Assembly (NCBI GenBank): GCA_965213685.1
Contig: CBDBZY010000016.1
Coordinates: 192,001 to 256,000 of the forward strand
Source: a bacterium
Lineage (GTDB): Bacteria; UBA8248
DNA length: 64,000 nucleotides
Reading direction: 5' to 3'
Of the stretch, positions 23,017 to 39,369 are shown one piece after another. Positions within the stretch are counted from its first letter, which is position 1. The number at the start of each line of letters is the position of its first letter. Position numbers and translations under genes: made by a program. The notes under the pieces were generated by a model. The model made no database searches. It was not told the DNA's origin and was given only the letters and a program-made list of their open reading frames with translations.

Positions 23017-25149
23017 ATGGCTGCCTCTGGAGCCACAGCTGAGGATGTTAGTGCCTCCTCCCTCACCCCTCGAGACCTCACCCTCCCTGGTAGGTCCCTC
23101 CCTCCTGCCATGCCCCTCATCATCTCCACCCAAGACAGGTGGGACCCTCACAGCTGCAAGCTGGAGACTCACCAGCACAACAGCCAACCACAATACCTAC
23201 AGCTAGTCACAGACACTCTACAACTGCTGGGAACCATCAACAAGCCTGTGGCTATCCTGTCCATCTGTGGCCCCTACCGCTCGGGGAAGTCCTACTTCAT
23301 CTCCCGACTGCTGGGCAGGCCTGGGGCCTTTCAGCTGGGCCACAGGATGCAAGCCTGTACACGTGGAATCTGGATGGCCACCACTGTCCTGGAGTGTGAG
23401 CAGTTTGCCATAATCCTGCTGGACACGGAAGGCATTGATGCCATTGGAGCCTCCGAGACCATGGCCATGAGCTTGCTGACTGTCACCACACTCCTCAGCT
23501 CCTACCTCATCTACAACTCCAAGAAGGTGCCCCAGAAGGTGGACCTGGACAAGATGAGGTGCTTCACCCAGCTCTCCAGGTCTCTGCTCGTGCAGAAAGG
23601 GGAGTCCATGAGGGCAGAGGTCATGAGGGAGTTCTTCCCTCACTTTCTGTGGCTACTGCGAGATGTGACACTGACTGTGACAGACAGAGCCGGCCAGACC
23701 ATCTCAGCCACTGAGTTCCTGCACACTCGTGTGCTGGCATCACAGTCTGGCCAGCCTACAGAGCTGGGCAAGTCTCTTTGCAGCCTCTTCCCCTCACTGG
23801 AATGCCACACTCTTCCTATTCCAAGCATCAACCCCAAAGTCATCAAGAACATTGTGGAGCAACAGGACAAGCTGAAACCAGCATTCAACAAGGCAGTGGA
23901 TCAACTGATCCAGCGAATCCTGCAGCAAGTCACGCCCAAGAAAGCCATCGATGGAGTGAGTGTGGTGGATGGCCCGGCTCTAGCTGCTCTGACCCATGGC
24001 TATGTGGATGCCATCAACACACCAGGAGCAATACCAGACCTGGAACAAGGCTGGCAGGCCATCATCAAGTGGAAACTGAAGGAACTATCAGACAAGCTAG
24101 TGGAGGAGTACAGGAGAGAGATGGAGGAATGTTTAGGAGACAATCTTCCCATGGAGGAGAGGAATCTGATGAGAATCCACCAACAGACACTGAGCAGGAA
24201 AAGGGGGTCACTGCAGCAGGAGATCCGTCGACTCAAGCCATTGAGTTCCACCTCTGGAGACAAACACCCAGTCCTGAGTCAACTGGAGCAGACAATAAGT
24301 CAGACAAACGAGGGGGGTGAGGTGATTGGGGGGATCCTGTTCCAGTTCACCATTCAGAACTACTCCAAGTCCAAGCAGCAGTGTGAAGAGGTGCTGATGG
24401 AAGCAGTGAAGAGCAGTGGAATTCGAAAGAAGTGTCAGGAAGCCTTCATCAACTCACAGCCACTGGACATAATGGCAGAGATATGGGATATTCATACACA
24501 ATACTGCAAGCAAGCTGTTGGACCAGCAGCTGGTAAAGTGCTGAAAAAAGGTCACAGAGAACTGAACCAACTGGGAGACTCACTCAAGAGAATTCCTGGC
24601 CCACCTCATGAGGTGGAGGTCATTGGATGGGGACCTGATCAAGTGAAGCTGAGCTGGCAACCTCCAAAGAAGAACCCTGAGGCTGCTGAGAGCTATGTGG
24701 TGTGGAAACAAGAGGAGGGGAAGCAGTGGGAGAGGGTGAGGGAGACAAAGAAGACCAAAATTCTCATCACTGGACTGAAGTCAGACACAGACTACCAGTT
24801 CAGAATCACAGCCACTAATGACCTGATTAAGAGTGTGGCTGCAACACATGACTCATGTACAATGGAGTCAAAAGCTAAGATGGGAGCTCTTGCTGGTGGT
24901 GTAGGAGCAATTACATTGTCACTGATGCCAGTTGCAGCAGCTATTGCGAATGTGACTGCTGAAGACATGAGTGAAGGAAAAATAGTAGCCATATCAGTCG
25001 CCACTTTACCAATTAGCCTCATATGTGCTCCAGTTATTGCTACTGTGGGTGGAGTTTGGATTGCTAGGGAAGTGATCAAGGACGGATGCTACAGTGGAGA
25101 CCTGTCCCCAGAGAGTGATGATGAGACGTCATGTGACTCCACAGAATGA
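23017..25149 (+). CDS. GBP-FN3-hydrophobic hairpin protein, copy G3 (type A)
   Basis: Intact ORF with GPYRSGKS, DTEG, LLRD, FN3 and the hydrophobic hairpin. Confidence 0.92.
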   Translation: MAASGATAEDVSASSLTPRDLTLPGRSLPPAMPLIISTQDRWDPHSCKLETHQHNSQPQYLQLVTDTLQLLGTINKPVAILSICGPYRSGKSYFISRLLGRPGAFQLGHRMQACTRGIWMATTVLECEQFAIILLDTEGIDAIGASETMAMSLLTVTTLLSSYLIYNSKKVPQKVDLDKMRCFTQLSRSLLVQKGESMRAEVMREFFPHFLWLLRDVTLTVTDRAGQTISATEFLHTRVLASQSGQPTELGKSLCSLFPSLECHTLPIPSINPKVIKNIVEQQDKLKPAFNKAVDQLIQRILQQVTPKKAIDGVSVVDGPALAALTHGYVDAINTPGAIPDLEQGWQAIIKWKLKELSDKLVEEYRREMEECLGDNLPMEERNLMRIHQQTLSRKRGSLQQEIRRLKPLSSTSGDKHPVLSQLEQTISQTNEGGEVIGGILFQFTIQNYSKSKQQCEEVLMEAVKSSGIRKKCQEAFINSQPLDIMAEIWDIHTQYCKQAVGPAAGKVLKKGHRELNQLGDSLKRIPGPPHEVEVIGWGPDQVKLSWQPPKKNPEAAESYVVWKQEEGKQWERVRETKKTKILITGLKSDTDYQFRITATNDLIKSVAATHDSCTMESKAKMGALAGGVGAITLSLMPVAAAIANVTAEDMSEGKIVAISVATLPISLICAPVIATVGGVWIAREVIKDGCYSGDLSPESDDETSCDSTE

Positions 25150-25891
25150 CATGACAATACTCTATGGCCAGCTATAGCTGCTCTTGTGTGTACACGTTCA
25201 TGTACTCCCATACCTGCCACAATAAACATAACATGCACATGTATTTTGATATATTATGGAGTGGATGTAACAGAAATTGAGTTATTTATCAGTATAAGCT
25301 TTGTTACTGACATTGTGTTGGCATGGCAACAGCAGAACCTAAATGAGCATCCATTGTGGGTGAAACCAGATAGGTTACCAATGGGTAGCGATTCTAGTGA
25401 ATATAGCAGTGATCATCACTGTTTGTCATGACAAGATGGGCCCCTGTCATCAACCACAATTGTTATGGAGTTGCCGTGTCCCCAGCCACAGAGCAATGCT
25501 AGCCTCATTCCCAGGCCTTCCCCCACATGCCAGCACAACACCACACCCAGCATGGTGGAGTGCTTGTGTGTGGAGGGCAGTCTGGGAAGAAGGCTAGAGT
25601 GATGTGGATTGAATGACCATAAACTAATAATTATACACTGTACATGTAGTGGTGAGTGTTATGAGCACTGCTAGTGATGAGTATCATGACTTGTGTTCCT
25701 CTGGGGTGACTGAGTGTTGACGTGATTGTGGTTCTCTCGGCCTGATCCACAGCAGCGGGAACATTCCAATCAAACATCCGATGATGATACCTGCACAGTG
25801 ATCCTGAGACGGGGGAAGAAGAGAAAGTGAAAAAGTATAAGTATTCATTTGCAAGCATTGGATAGGAGTAAGCATAGAAACAAGGGCATTA

Positions 25892-26445
25892 TCTTACATC
25901 TGACCAACAAATGTTCTCCATCTCCAAATTTGGGATAAAAGTAACAGACTCCCAAAGGCAGCGCGTTTTCACCCGCCACCCCCTGCACCGAATAGTGAAC
26001 ATCACCTACTATGAGGACACGTACAAGAAGCACATGCTGGCAGTGAGGGTGTCTGGAGCAGAGGATGGGCAGCAAGAGCTAGTAAGAGCATTCCTTCTTG
26101 TACCAAGAGTGGTTTGAATAAAGACACCTTGACAGATGGGTCACTACTGCTGTGCCCTATATACCACATCTGTGTATATCTGGAATGATGACACCTTCAA
26201 TTCATAATATAGGCAGTCCTTCTTTCCCAAGGGTGTCTTGATTAGAGGTGCTCTATACTGTGCTGCTTGCAATCCAATTCACACAGTTAGGCATGAACAC
26301 TTTCACCCTCCTCTCTCCCTCTCTCTCCTTTTTCCCTCCCCAGGCACAGGCTAAAAACGTCTGCCTCACTCTGGCTCAGGCATTTGAGGCAGTCTACAAC
26401 AAACTGCAGTTGGAACAGAACCTCCACTCCTCAGACCTCAGATAG
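25892..26445 (+). pseudogene. ITGB1BP1: 3' fragment of the ICAP-1-like gene
   Basis: Only part of exon 5 (MFSISKFGIKVTD...QQEL) and exon 6 are present; the 5' exons are missing. Confidence 0.8.
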
Positions 26446-26756
26446 CCTGTACATGCCTACATGTCGCATGCATAATATATTGCTATGACATCATCTCTGT
26501 ACTGTTTGCTTTACAAATGTGTAATTGTTATTTCAAACATTGCATCATGGTTAATACTGACCAATCATAGTAATTCCATTATCCACACATGGGTACCATC
26601 ATTCCACTTATGCTTAAATACTTCTGTGTAGGCCATCATGGCTCCTCATCAATGAAATTTCTCACCAGTGTATTGTAAATAACTCAAAATGATGTAATAA
26701 TTACAACTGGTGTATAAAACTCTGCTAAAAGCAGACAGGAGGCAATTGCGCAAGTA

Positions 26757-27223
26757 AATTGTAAATTGTGGAGGGGCATACTATATGGATAGCATAAAAA
26801 GGCATGGAGACAAGACCAGAATATAAAGTGCATGCTATAATGCACTGAGTTTCATGGGGACAACGATGACATGACGAGTGCGCCATGTCTGATTATGCAA
26901 TGCAAGCCCTATATTGTTGACTAGAGCTGTATAGGGGCATCACATAGTTTGTATGACAATGAACTGTTAATTAAGTCAGTGCATGTATAGAGTGCTAGTA
27001 GACACAATACCTATATACATATCTTTCAATGTATTATCATACTGTATTAGTAGCTTCCTTTGTAGGTGGCAATTCAACAATATAGGGCTTGTATTGCATA
27101 ATCAGACATGGTGCACTCGTCATGTCATCGTTGTCCCCATGAAACTAAGCACATTATAGCATGCACTCTAATTCAGGTCTTGTCTCCATGCTATCCCTGT
27201 ATGCCCCTCCACAATTTACAATT
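26757..27223. repeat. Long imperfect inverted repeat (fold-back/MITE-like)
   Basis: Arm ~26757-26920 (aattgtggaggggcatac...ccctatattgttga) is the reverse complement of ~27074-27223. Confidence 0.8.
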
Positions 27224-28421
27224 CTTAATTTACTTGTACAACAAAAACTCAAAAGCTAACATCGATGGGAAGTAGATCTGTGCAGTAAGTAAGATAGACT
27301 TGCGTTAGGAAGTGTATGCTTCTCTCTCACTCTCTCCCTCTCTCTCTAACACCAAACCTTGAAATTGTGGATGGAAAGCTGTTACATGCTTTTCAAACCC
27401 CAGTCCACTTATGCACTCCTTTTGGCAGTTCTGGATAGGACAGAGAAAAGGGGAGTATGAATATGAGTGTGCTTCTTTTGTTCCACATTTTTATTGGACA
27501 GGTGGCCTTCTGTCTTTGCTGGACACAAAGCTCAGTCACCTTTCTCATATTTATGACAAACTTTGGTCTGGGACCAAACTGATGAATAGGACTAACGAAT
27601 ATTTACAAGGGGATGTGTTAAAAACTACAAGATGAGTTCGTGCTACCAAAGGATGCAGTCACTAGTTAGTAACAATCTTGATATCTTAGTCTCTGCACTG
27701 CATCATATTTGGTGGCTCCCAAGCACTTGAGGTTCCTGACATAAATTCTCAATTTATACAGAGAGGAAAAAGGTATGTAGCAATAGTTCCTCAAGGAACT
27801 TGCAGGTTTATGATCCATATGTCTTCATATCATTTTGTGTATGGGGTGGGTTCAGAGCTGCACTATGGCCTATGCTATGTCATTAAATTCAGAGATACAT
27901 GCCCAGTCTATCAACTGCATGTTTGCACATTACCTGTGGTATGAAACCATGCTGTAAAAGATAGATGAACATGCATGGGCACATAATGGCCTGACCTGTT
28001 CATTAATCGCAACAGCTGATGTAGATCACCTCAGCCAATAGCATCTGTTTCTGCACAAGTGACTGGTCATGTGCACATTTGTAGCAGTGCAAGTGACAAA
28101 ACAGCTATGAAGCTCTCTGTCATAAGTATGCAAAGCTAGTTATTTGAGGAAATGTGTTTATATGCTAGTAGAGTAACATAAAAGGCCACCTGCAGTGGCT
28201 GATGTCAGGTCCAAATAAAGCTACAATTAATAGTGATAATACATGGTTGCTAACTTTCCCATGCTACATCACCTCACAGCAGAGCCAGGGACAAACACAT
28301 TCTTCAGCATCCACACCCAATATTGTGGTTCCCAATGTTGTACAGCCCATCTCACTTGTATGGTACTGACCAGTCTTACACTCCAAAAATTGCCCACTGC
28401 TGTAGATTTGCCATAGGTACA

Positions 28422-28512
28422 ATGGCTGCTTGTAGAGACACAGTTGAGAAAGCTGCCTCCTCCCTCACCCCTCGAGACTTCACCCTCCCTGGTAGGTCCC
28501 TCCCTCCTCCCA
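28422..28512 (+). pseudogene. GBP N-terminal fragment (type C) fused to Helitron coding sequence
   Basis: MAACRDTVEKAASSLTPRDFTLPGRSLPP runs directly into PIIAIYRLPQGQYGY. Confidence 0.8.
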
Positions 28513-29130
28513 CGCCAATCATAGCCATATACAGGTTGCCTCAAGGACAGTATGGCTACGACGGCATGTTATTAACATGTCCCAGGATGTAACATCGACT
28601 GAGCTACTTGCACCTGTTTGCCAGCGTAGTGAATGTAGAAATACAGAGCTCCTGCCATCAGGAGAGATCATTCTTTGTTAGATTGTTTGAAGATGACAAA
28701 CTTCCATTCCAGAATTGCAGCTCTTCAGGTGTCAAAGTGTTCCACCTGCTTAGAGAGGTTCCCTGGATTGAACAGACAGTGACGATACTGAGTGTGTTCG
28801 TTGTAGGCAGGATAAGCACATCCCCAAGACCTACTCCTCTGGCAACAACATGGATCCTGGTCCTGTGCCATCTGAACTACAGGTACACATACAGAATACA
28901 TACATGTACATGTATACATGTATGTTAATGTGCAGGTACGTACATGTGTATAAACTGTTGACTATACTATGTATATACACTATTTATGTGTAGTATGTAT
29001 TTTCTGTAGGGATTATCACGGGTGGAAGAGATGCTAATTGCAGCTGTCATGCCCATCATGTCCATCTACCGTCTACCTCACGGACAGTACGGCTACAGTG
29101 GTCATGTGATCAACCTGCCCCAAGATAGAA
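28513..29130 (+). mobile_element. Degenerate Helitron RepHel N-terminal coding fragment (DUF6570-like)
   Basis: KCSTCLERFPGL..ECVRCRQDKHIPKTYSSGNNMDPGPVPSELQ, then an intron at 28883-29009, then [39 protein letters not shown], a motif recalled from Helitron proteins; frameshifted. Confidence 0.7.
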
Positions 29131-29271
29131 CTCTGTGTGTGTGCCTATCATCTACACCATCACCTGTATGTGTACAACTGTCACTTCCCATATCTTGCAC
29201 TCTCATGCATATCACCTCCTGTATCCCACCACATCTACCACTAACACCTGTCTGTCTGCTACACGTATGCT

Positions 29272-29450
29272 ATATATAACCTGTGTGCACGACTAAGGGC
29301 GAGTGAGACCTATGACTTTTGAGTGTCCAGTCAGCTGTAGTTTCGGGCCACGTATTACATGTTACATTCCCTTCAACTTCATTAATTGATTTCATTGAAA
29401 TTAATGCTCGCTCAGGCTCGCCCCACTGATGCATTGCATCTATCCTAGTT
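29272..29450 (+). mobile_element. Putative non-autonomous Helitron/Helentron-type end structure
   Basis: Subterminal inverted pair gggcgag (~29298) / ctcgccc (~29417), ending ...ctatcCTAGt, adjacent to the Helitron coding fragment. Confidence 0.4.
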
Positions 29451-29471
29451 TAGTAATGGGATGGGACGGAA

Positions 29472-30132
29472 TAGTCTCGCGGGCCAGACCCTCTCGGCAA
29501 GCGGGAGAGGGTCTGGTGACATTCCTATACTAGAGTTGTGCAGACATGCCGGAATTTTTCCGGCGTGATAAGTGGCTGACAGGCCACAGCTTACTTAGTT
29601 CTAGCACCTGTACGGATTCTGTTTACTACAGGTGAGTCAGTTGGCCTTAGGCCTGCAGGTGCGGTGCCCGTGCAGTTGATCTGAAGTAGCTAGTGTCGCG
29701 ATCTGAGTGAGAACAACTGCGCGTCCAATACTCTTAGTCTTGCGAGCCAGACCCTCTCGGCAAGCTTGCCGAGCCTCGGAGGGTCTGGCACGCGAGACTA
29801 TAAACACGCTTCCTTCTGTTTATCTTTAAGCTGGTCATAGCCTAGGTCTTTTACACTCTCGCGTATACCTCTCTCTATATCCATCGATAGAGTATTGGAC
29901 GCGCAGTTGCTCTCAGATCAGGACACTAGCTACTTCAGATGAACTGCACGCGCACCTGTAAGCCAACCGACTCACCCGTAGTAAACAGAATCCGTACAGG
30001 TGCTGCTAAGTAAGCTGTGGCCTGTCAGCCACTTATCACGCCGGAAAAATCCCGGCGTGTCTGCACAACTCTACTATAGGAATGTCACCAGACCCTCTCC
30101 CGCTTGCCGAGAGGGTCTGGCCCGCGAGACTA
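29472..30132. mobile_element. 661-bp fold-back element with TAG...CTA ends and 9-bp TSD, AcademH-like non-autonomous
   Basis: Inverted arms of about 260 bp; TSD gggacggaa at 29463-29471 and 30133-30141; an internal mini-palindrome of the same family at 29735-29800. Confidence 0.85.
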
Positions 30133-30504
30133 GGGACGGAACGGGACGGGACGTCCCGATCTCGGGTTTTAGTTAATCAGCCGCGCACGTGAGGGTCTGG
30201 GCAAGAGATCGAGACTAGGTTTTAGTAACACCCACAGCGGCGGTACTAGACCTAGCATATTCTCGGTCTCGACTCGTCTACCTGCACATATTACTAGACA
30301 TCGATGTTCAAGTCTAAAGGCTGCTTCGCTTATCAAGAGACCAGCCAAGAACGTAAGATATATCACTGCTAGCCTACCCACTGCTACATGTACAGCCGTA
30401 GAGTGGTACGTCAGCAGTGTGGGGGAAGTACCTACCGTCGTTACGTGTGGACCGCAATGCGAAAGCTGATCAATTAGAGCCCACCAGTAGCTTTGCTCAT
30501 ATGC

Positions 30505-32631
30505 ATGGCTGCCTCTGGAGCCACAGCTGAGGATGATAGTGCCTCCTCCCTCACCCCTCAAGACCTCACCCTCCCTGGTAGGTCCCTCCCTCCTGCCATG
30601 CCCCTCATCATCTCCACCCAAGACAGCTGGGACCCTCACAGCTGCAAGCTGGAGACTCGCCAACACAACAGCCAACCACAACACCTACAGCTAGTCACAG
30701 ACACTCTACAACTGCTGGGAACCATCAACAAGCCTGTGGCTGTCCTGTCCATCTGTGGCCCCTACCGCTCGGGGAAGTCCTACTTCATCTCCCGACTGCT
30801 GGGCAGGCCTGGGGCCTTTCAGCTGGGCCACAGGATGCAAGCCTGTACGCGTGGAATCTGGATGGCCACCACTGTCCTGGAGTGTGAGCAGTTTGTCACA
30901 ATCCTGCTGGACACGGAAGGCATCGATGCCATTGGAGCCTCCGAGACCATGGCCATGAGCTTGCTGACTGTCACCACACTCCTCAGCTCCTACCTCATCT
31001 ACAACTCCATGAAGGTGCCCCAGAAGGTGGACCTGGACAAGATGAGGTGCTTCACCCAGCTCTCCAGGTCTCTGCTCATGCAGAAAGGGGAGTCCATGAG
31101 GGCAGAGGTCATGAGGAAGTTCTTCCCTCACTTTCTGTGGCTACTGCGAGACGTGACACTGAAAGTGACAGACAGAGCCGGCCAGACCATCTCGGCCACT
31201 GAGTTCCTGCACACTCGTGTGCTGGCATCCGAAGCTGGCCAGCCTACAGAGCTGGGCAAGTCTCTTTGCAGCCTCTTCCCCTCACTGGAATGCCACACTC
31301 TTCCCATGCCAAGCATCAACCCCAAAGTCATCAAGAACATTGTGGAGCAACAGGACAAGCTGAAACCAGCATTCAACAAGGCAGTGGATCAACTGATCCA
31401 GCGAATCCTGCAGCAAGTCACGCCCAAGAAAGCCATCGATGGAGTGAGTGTGGTGGATGGCCCAGCTCTAGCTGCTCTGACCTGTGGCTATGTGGATGCC
31501 ATCAACACACCAGGAGTAATACCAGACCTGGAACAAGGCTGGCAGGCCGTCATCAAGTGGAAACTGAAGGAACTATCAGACAAGCTAGTGGAGGAGTACA
31601 GGAGAGAGATGGAGGAATGTTTAGGAGACAATCTTCCCATGGAGGAGAGGAATCTGATGAGAATCCACGAACAGACACTGAGCAGGAAAAGGGAGTCACT
31701 GCAGCAGGAGATCCGTCGACTCAAGCCATTGAGTTCCACCTCTGGAGACAAAGACCCAATCCTGAGTCAATTGGAGCAGGCAATCAGTCAGACAAACGAG
31801 GGGGGCGAGGTGATTGGGGGGGTCCTGTTCCAGTTCACCACTCACAACTACTCCAAGTCCAAGCAGCAGTGTGAAGAGGTGCTGATGGAAGCAGTGAAGA
31901 GCAGTGGAATTCACAAGAAGTGTCAGGAAGCCTTCATCAACTCACAGCCACTGGACATAATGGCAGAGATATGGGATATTCATACACAATACTGCAAGCA
32001 AGCTGTTGGACCAGCAGCTGGTGAAGTGCTGGAGAAAGGCCACAGAGAACTGAACCAACTGGGAGACTCACTCAAGAGAATTCCTGGCCCACCTCGTAAG
32101 GTGGAGGTCATTGGACGAGGGTCTGATCAAGTGAAGCTGAGCTGGCAACCTCCAAAGAAGAACCCTGAGGCTGCTGAGAGCTATGTGGTGTGGAAACAAG
32201 AGGAGGGGAAGCAGTGGGAGAGGGTGAGGGAGACAAAGAAGACCAAAATCCTCATCACTGGACTGAAGTCAAAGACCGACTACCAGTTCAAAGTCACAGC
32301 CACTAATGATCTGATTAAGAGTGTGGCTACAACACATGACTCATGTACAATGGAGTCAAAAGCTAAGATGGGAGCTATTGGTGGTGGTGGAGGAGCAGTT
32401 GCATTTGCATTGTCTCCACTTTTAGGTTATCAGGCTATAACTGATGGAGACATGAGTACAAAAATAGTAGCCATATCAGTCGTCACTACACCAATCAGCC
32501 TCATATGTGCTCCAGTTACTGCTACTGTGGGTGCAGTTTTGATTGCTAGGGAAATGATTAAGGAAAAATGCTACAGTGGAGACCTGTCCCCAGAGAGTGA
32601 TGATGAGACGTCATGTGACTCCACAGAATGA
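30505..32631 (+). CDS. GBP-FN3-hydrophobic hairpin protein, copy G4 (type A)
   Basis: Intact ORF with all GBP motifs, FN3 and the hairpin. Confidence 0.92.
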   Translation: MAASGATAEDDSASSLTPQDLTLPGRSLPPAMPLIISTQDSWDPHSCKLETRQHNSQPQHLQLVTDTLQLLGTINKPVAVLSICGPYRSGKSYFISRLLGRPGAFQLGHRMQACTRGIWMATTVLECEQFVTILLDTEGIDAIGASETMAMSLLTVTTLLSSYLIYNSMKVPQKVDLDKMRCFTQLSRSLLMQKGESMRAEVMRKFFPHFLWLLRDVTLKVTDRAGQTISATEFLHTRVLASEAGQPTELGKSLCSLFPSLECHTLPMPSINPKVIKNIVEQQDKLKPAFNKAVDQLIQRILQQVTPKKAIDGVSVVDGPALAALTCGYVDAINTPGVIPDLEQGWQAVIKWKLKELSDKLVEEYRREMEECLGDNLPMEERNLMRIHEQTLSRKRESLQQEIRRLKPLSSTSGDKDPILSQLEQAISQTNEGGEVIGGVLFQFTTHNYSKSKQQCEEVLMEAVKSSGIHKKCQEAFINSQPLDIMAEIWDIHTQYCKQAVGPAAGEVLEKGHRELNQLGDSLKRIPGPPRKVEVIGRGSDQVKLSWQPPKKNPEAAESYVVWKQEEGKQWERVRETKKTKILITGLKSKTDYQFKVTATNDLIKSVATTHDSCTMESKAKMGAIGGGGGAVAFALSPLLGYQAITDGDMSTKIVAISVVTTPISLICAPVTATVGAVLIAREMIKEKCYSGDLSPESDDETSCDSTE

Positions 32632-33035
32632 CATGGCAATACTCTATGGCTAGCTATAGCTGCTCTTGTGTGTACACGTTCATGTACTCTCATACCTGCC
32701 ACAATAAACACAACATGCACATGTATTTTCATATAATTATTATATATGACATTGTGTTGGCATGGCAACAGCAGACCCTGAGTGAGCATCCATAGTGTGG
32801 GTGGAGCCAGAGAGGTCACCAGTGGGTAGTACACACAGCAGTGATCATCACTGGTTGCCATGACGAGATGGCCTCTGTCCTTATTATGTAGTTGCCATGT
32901 CCCTATGACATGTTGCTGTCTGTACTGGCTTCTGGTGCAATCTGATTGGTCATTTGATTCTTCTCATCACATGATTTGTTTGCATTGTCATGTGACTTGG
33001 TTTCTGAGTTCTGGTTGGTGGCTAAATGGTGGATG

Positions 33036-37061
<4,026 letters not shown>

Positions 37062-37418
37062 CTGTGGAGGGTGAGGGGGTGAGGGCAGGGAAGGGGCAGA
37101 GCTTGGAGGTGGGGACATACTAATGGTTTGCTGGACAGATCGACCGCGACGCAAGGCATAGGGCTAACGGGCTAGCGAGACTACACACAAGAGGAACGCA
37201 GCGACGAGTGCAGCTGGAGGGAAATGTTGTTAGAAAAATGTTGTTGAAAACGTGAGCTCTTGTTCGTGCAAGGCATGGCAACGGATACCCACGGGTGCAC
37301 TGACGTGTACGGTGCGTTGCATTCCGTATATGTTGAGTATCCGGTAAATGGGTGGGGCTGTAATACGAGTTGCAGCTCTTAGTAGTGTGGTTTACTGAGC
37401 TAAGAGAAAAGCGTAGCG

Positions 37419-39120
<1,702 letters not shown>

Positions 39121-39369
39121 CCTGTGTATTGTGTCATTATCTGTACTACCACTATTACATCATGGTTTAAAATGACCACTATTACATCATGGTTTAAAAT
39201 TACCAATCAAAACCTACTGCCCATATAAGGATCCCCCGCTGCTACAACCCTGACATGAATATAATTATGGTTTGCTATGCTCAGCAATTCCATAACGTGT
39301 AGCAAGAGAGAAGCACTAGAAATCACCACTTTCTCATTGCCTCACTCCAGTACCAAACAGCTACCAGCG

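Noticed and set aside
27230-28400. Possible coding or transposon relic in the unique AT-rich stretch
   Set aside because: Only short ORFs are present and I recognised no motif.
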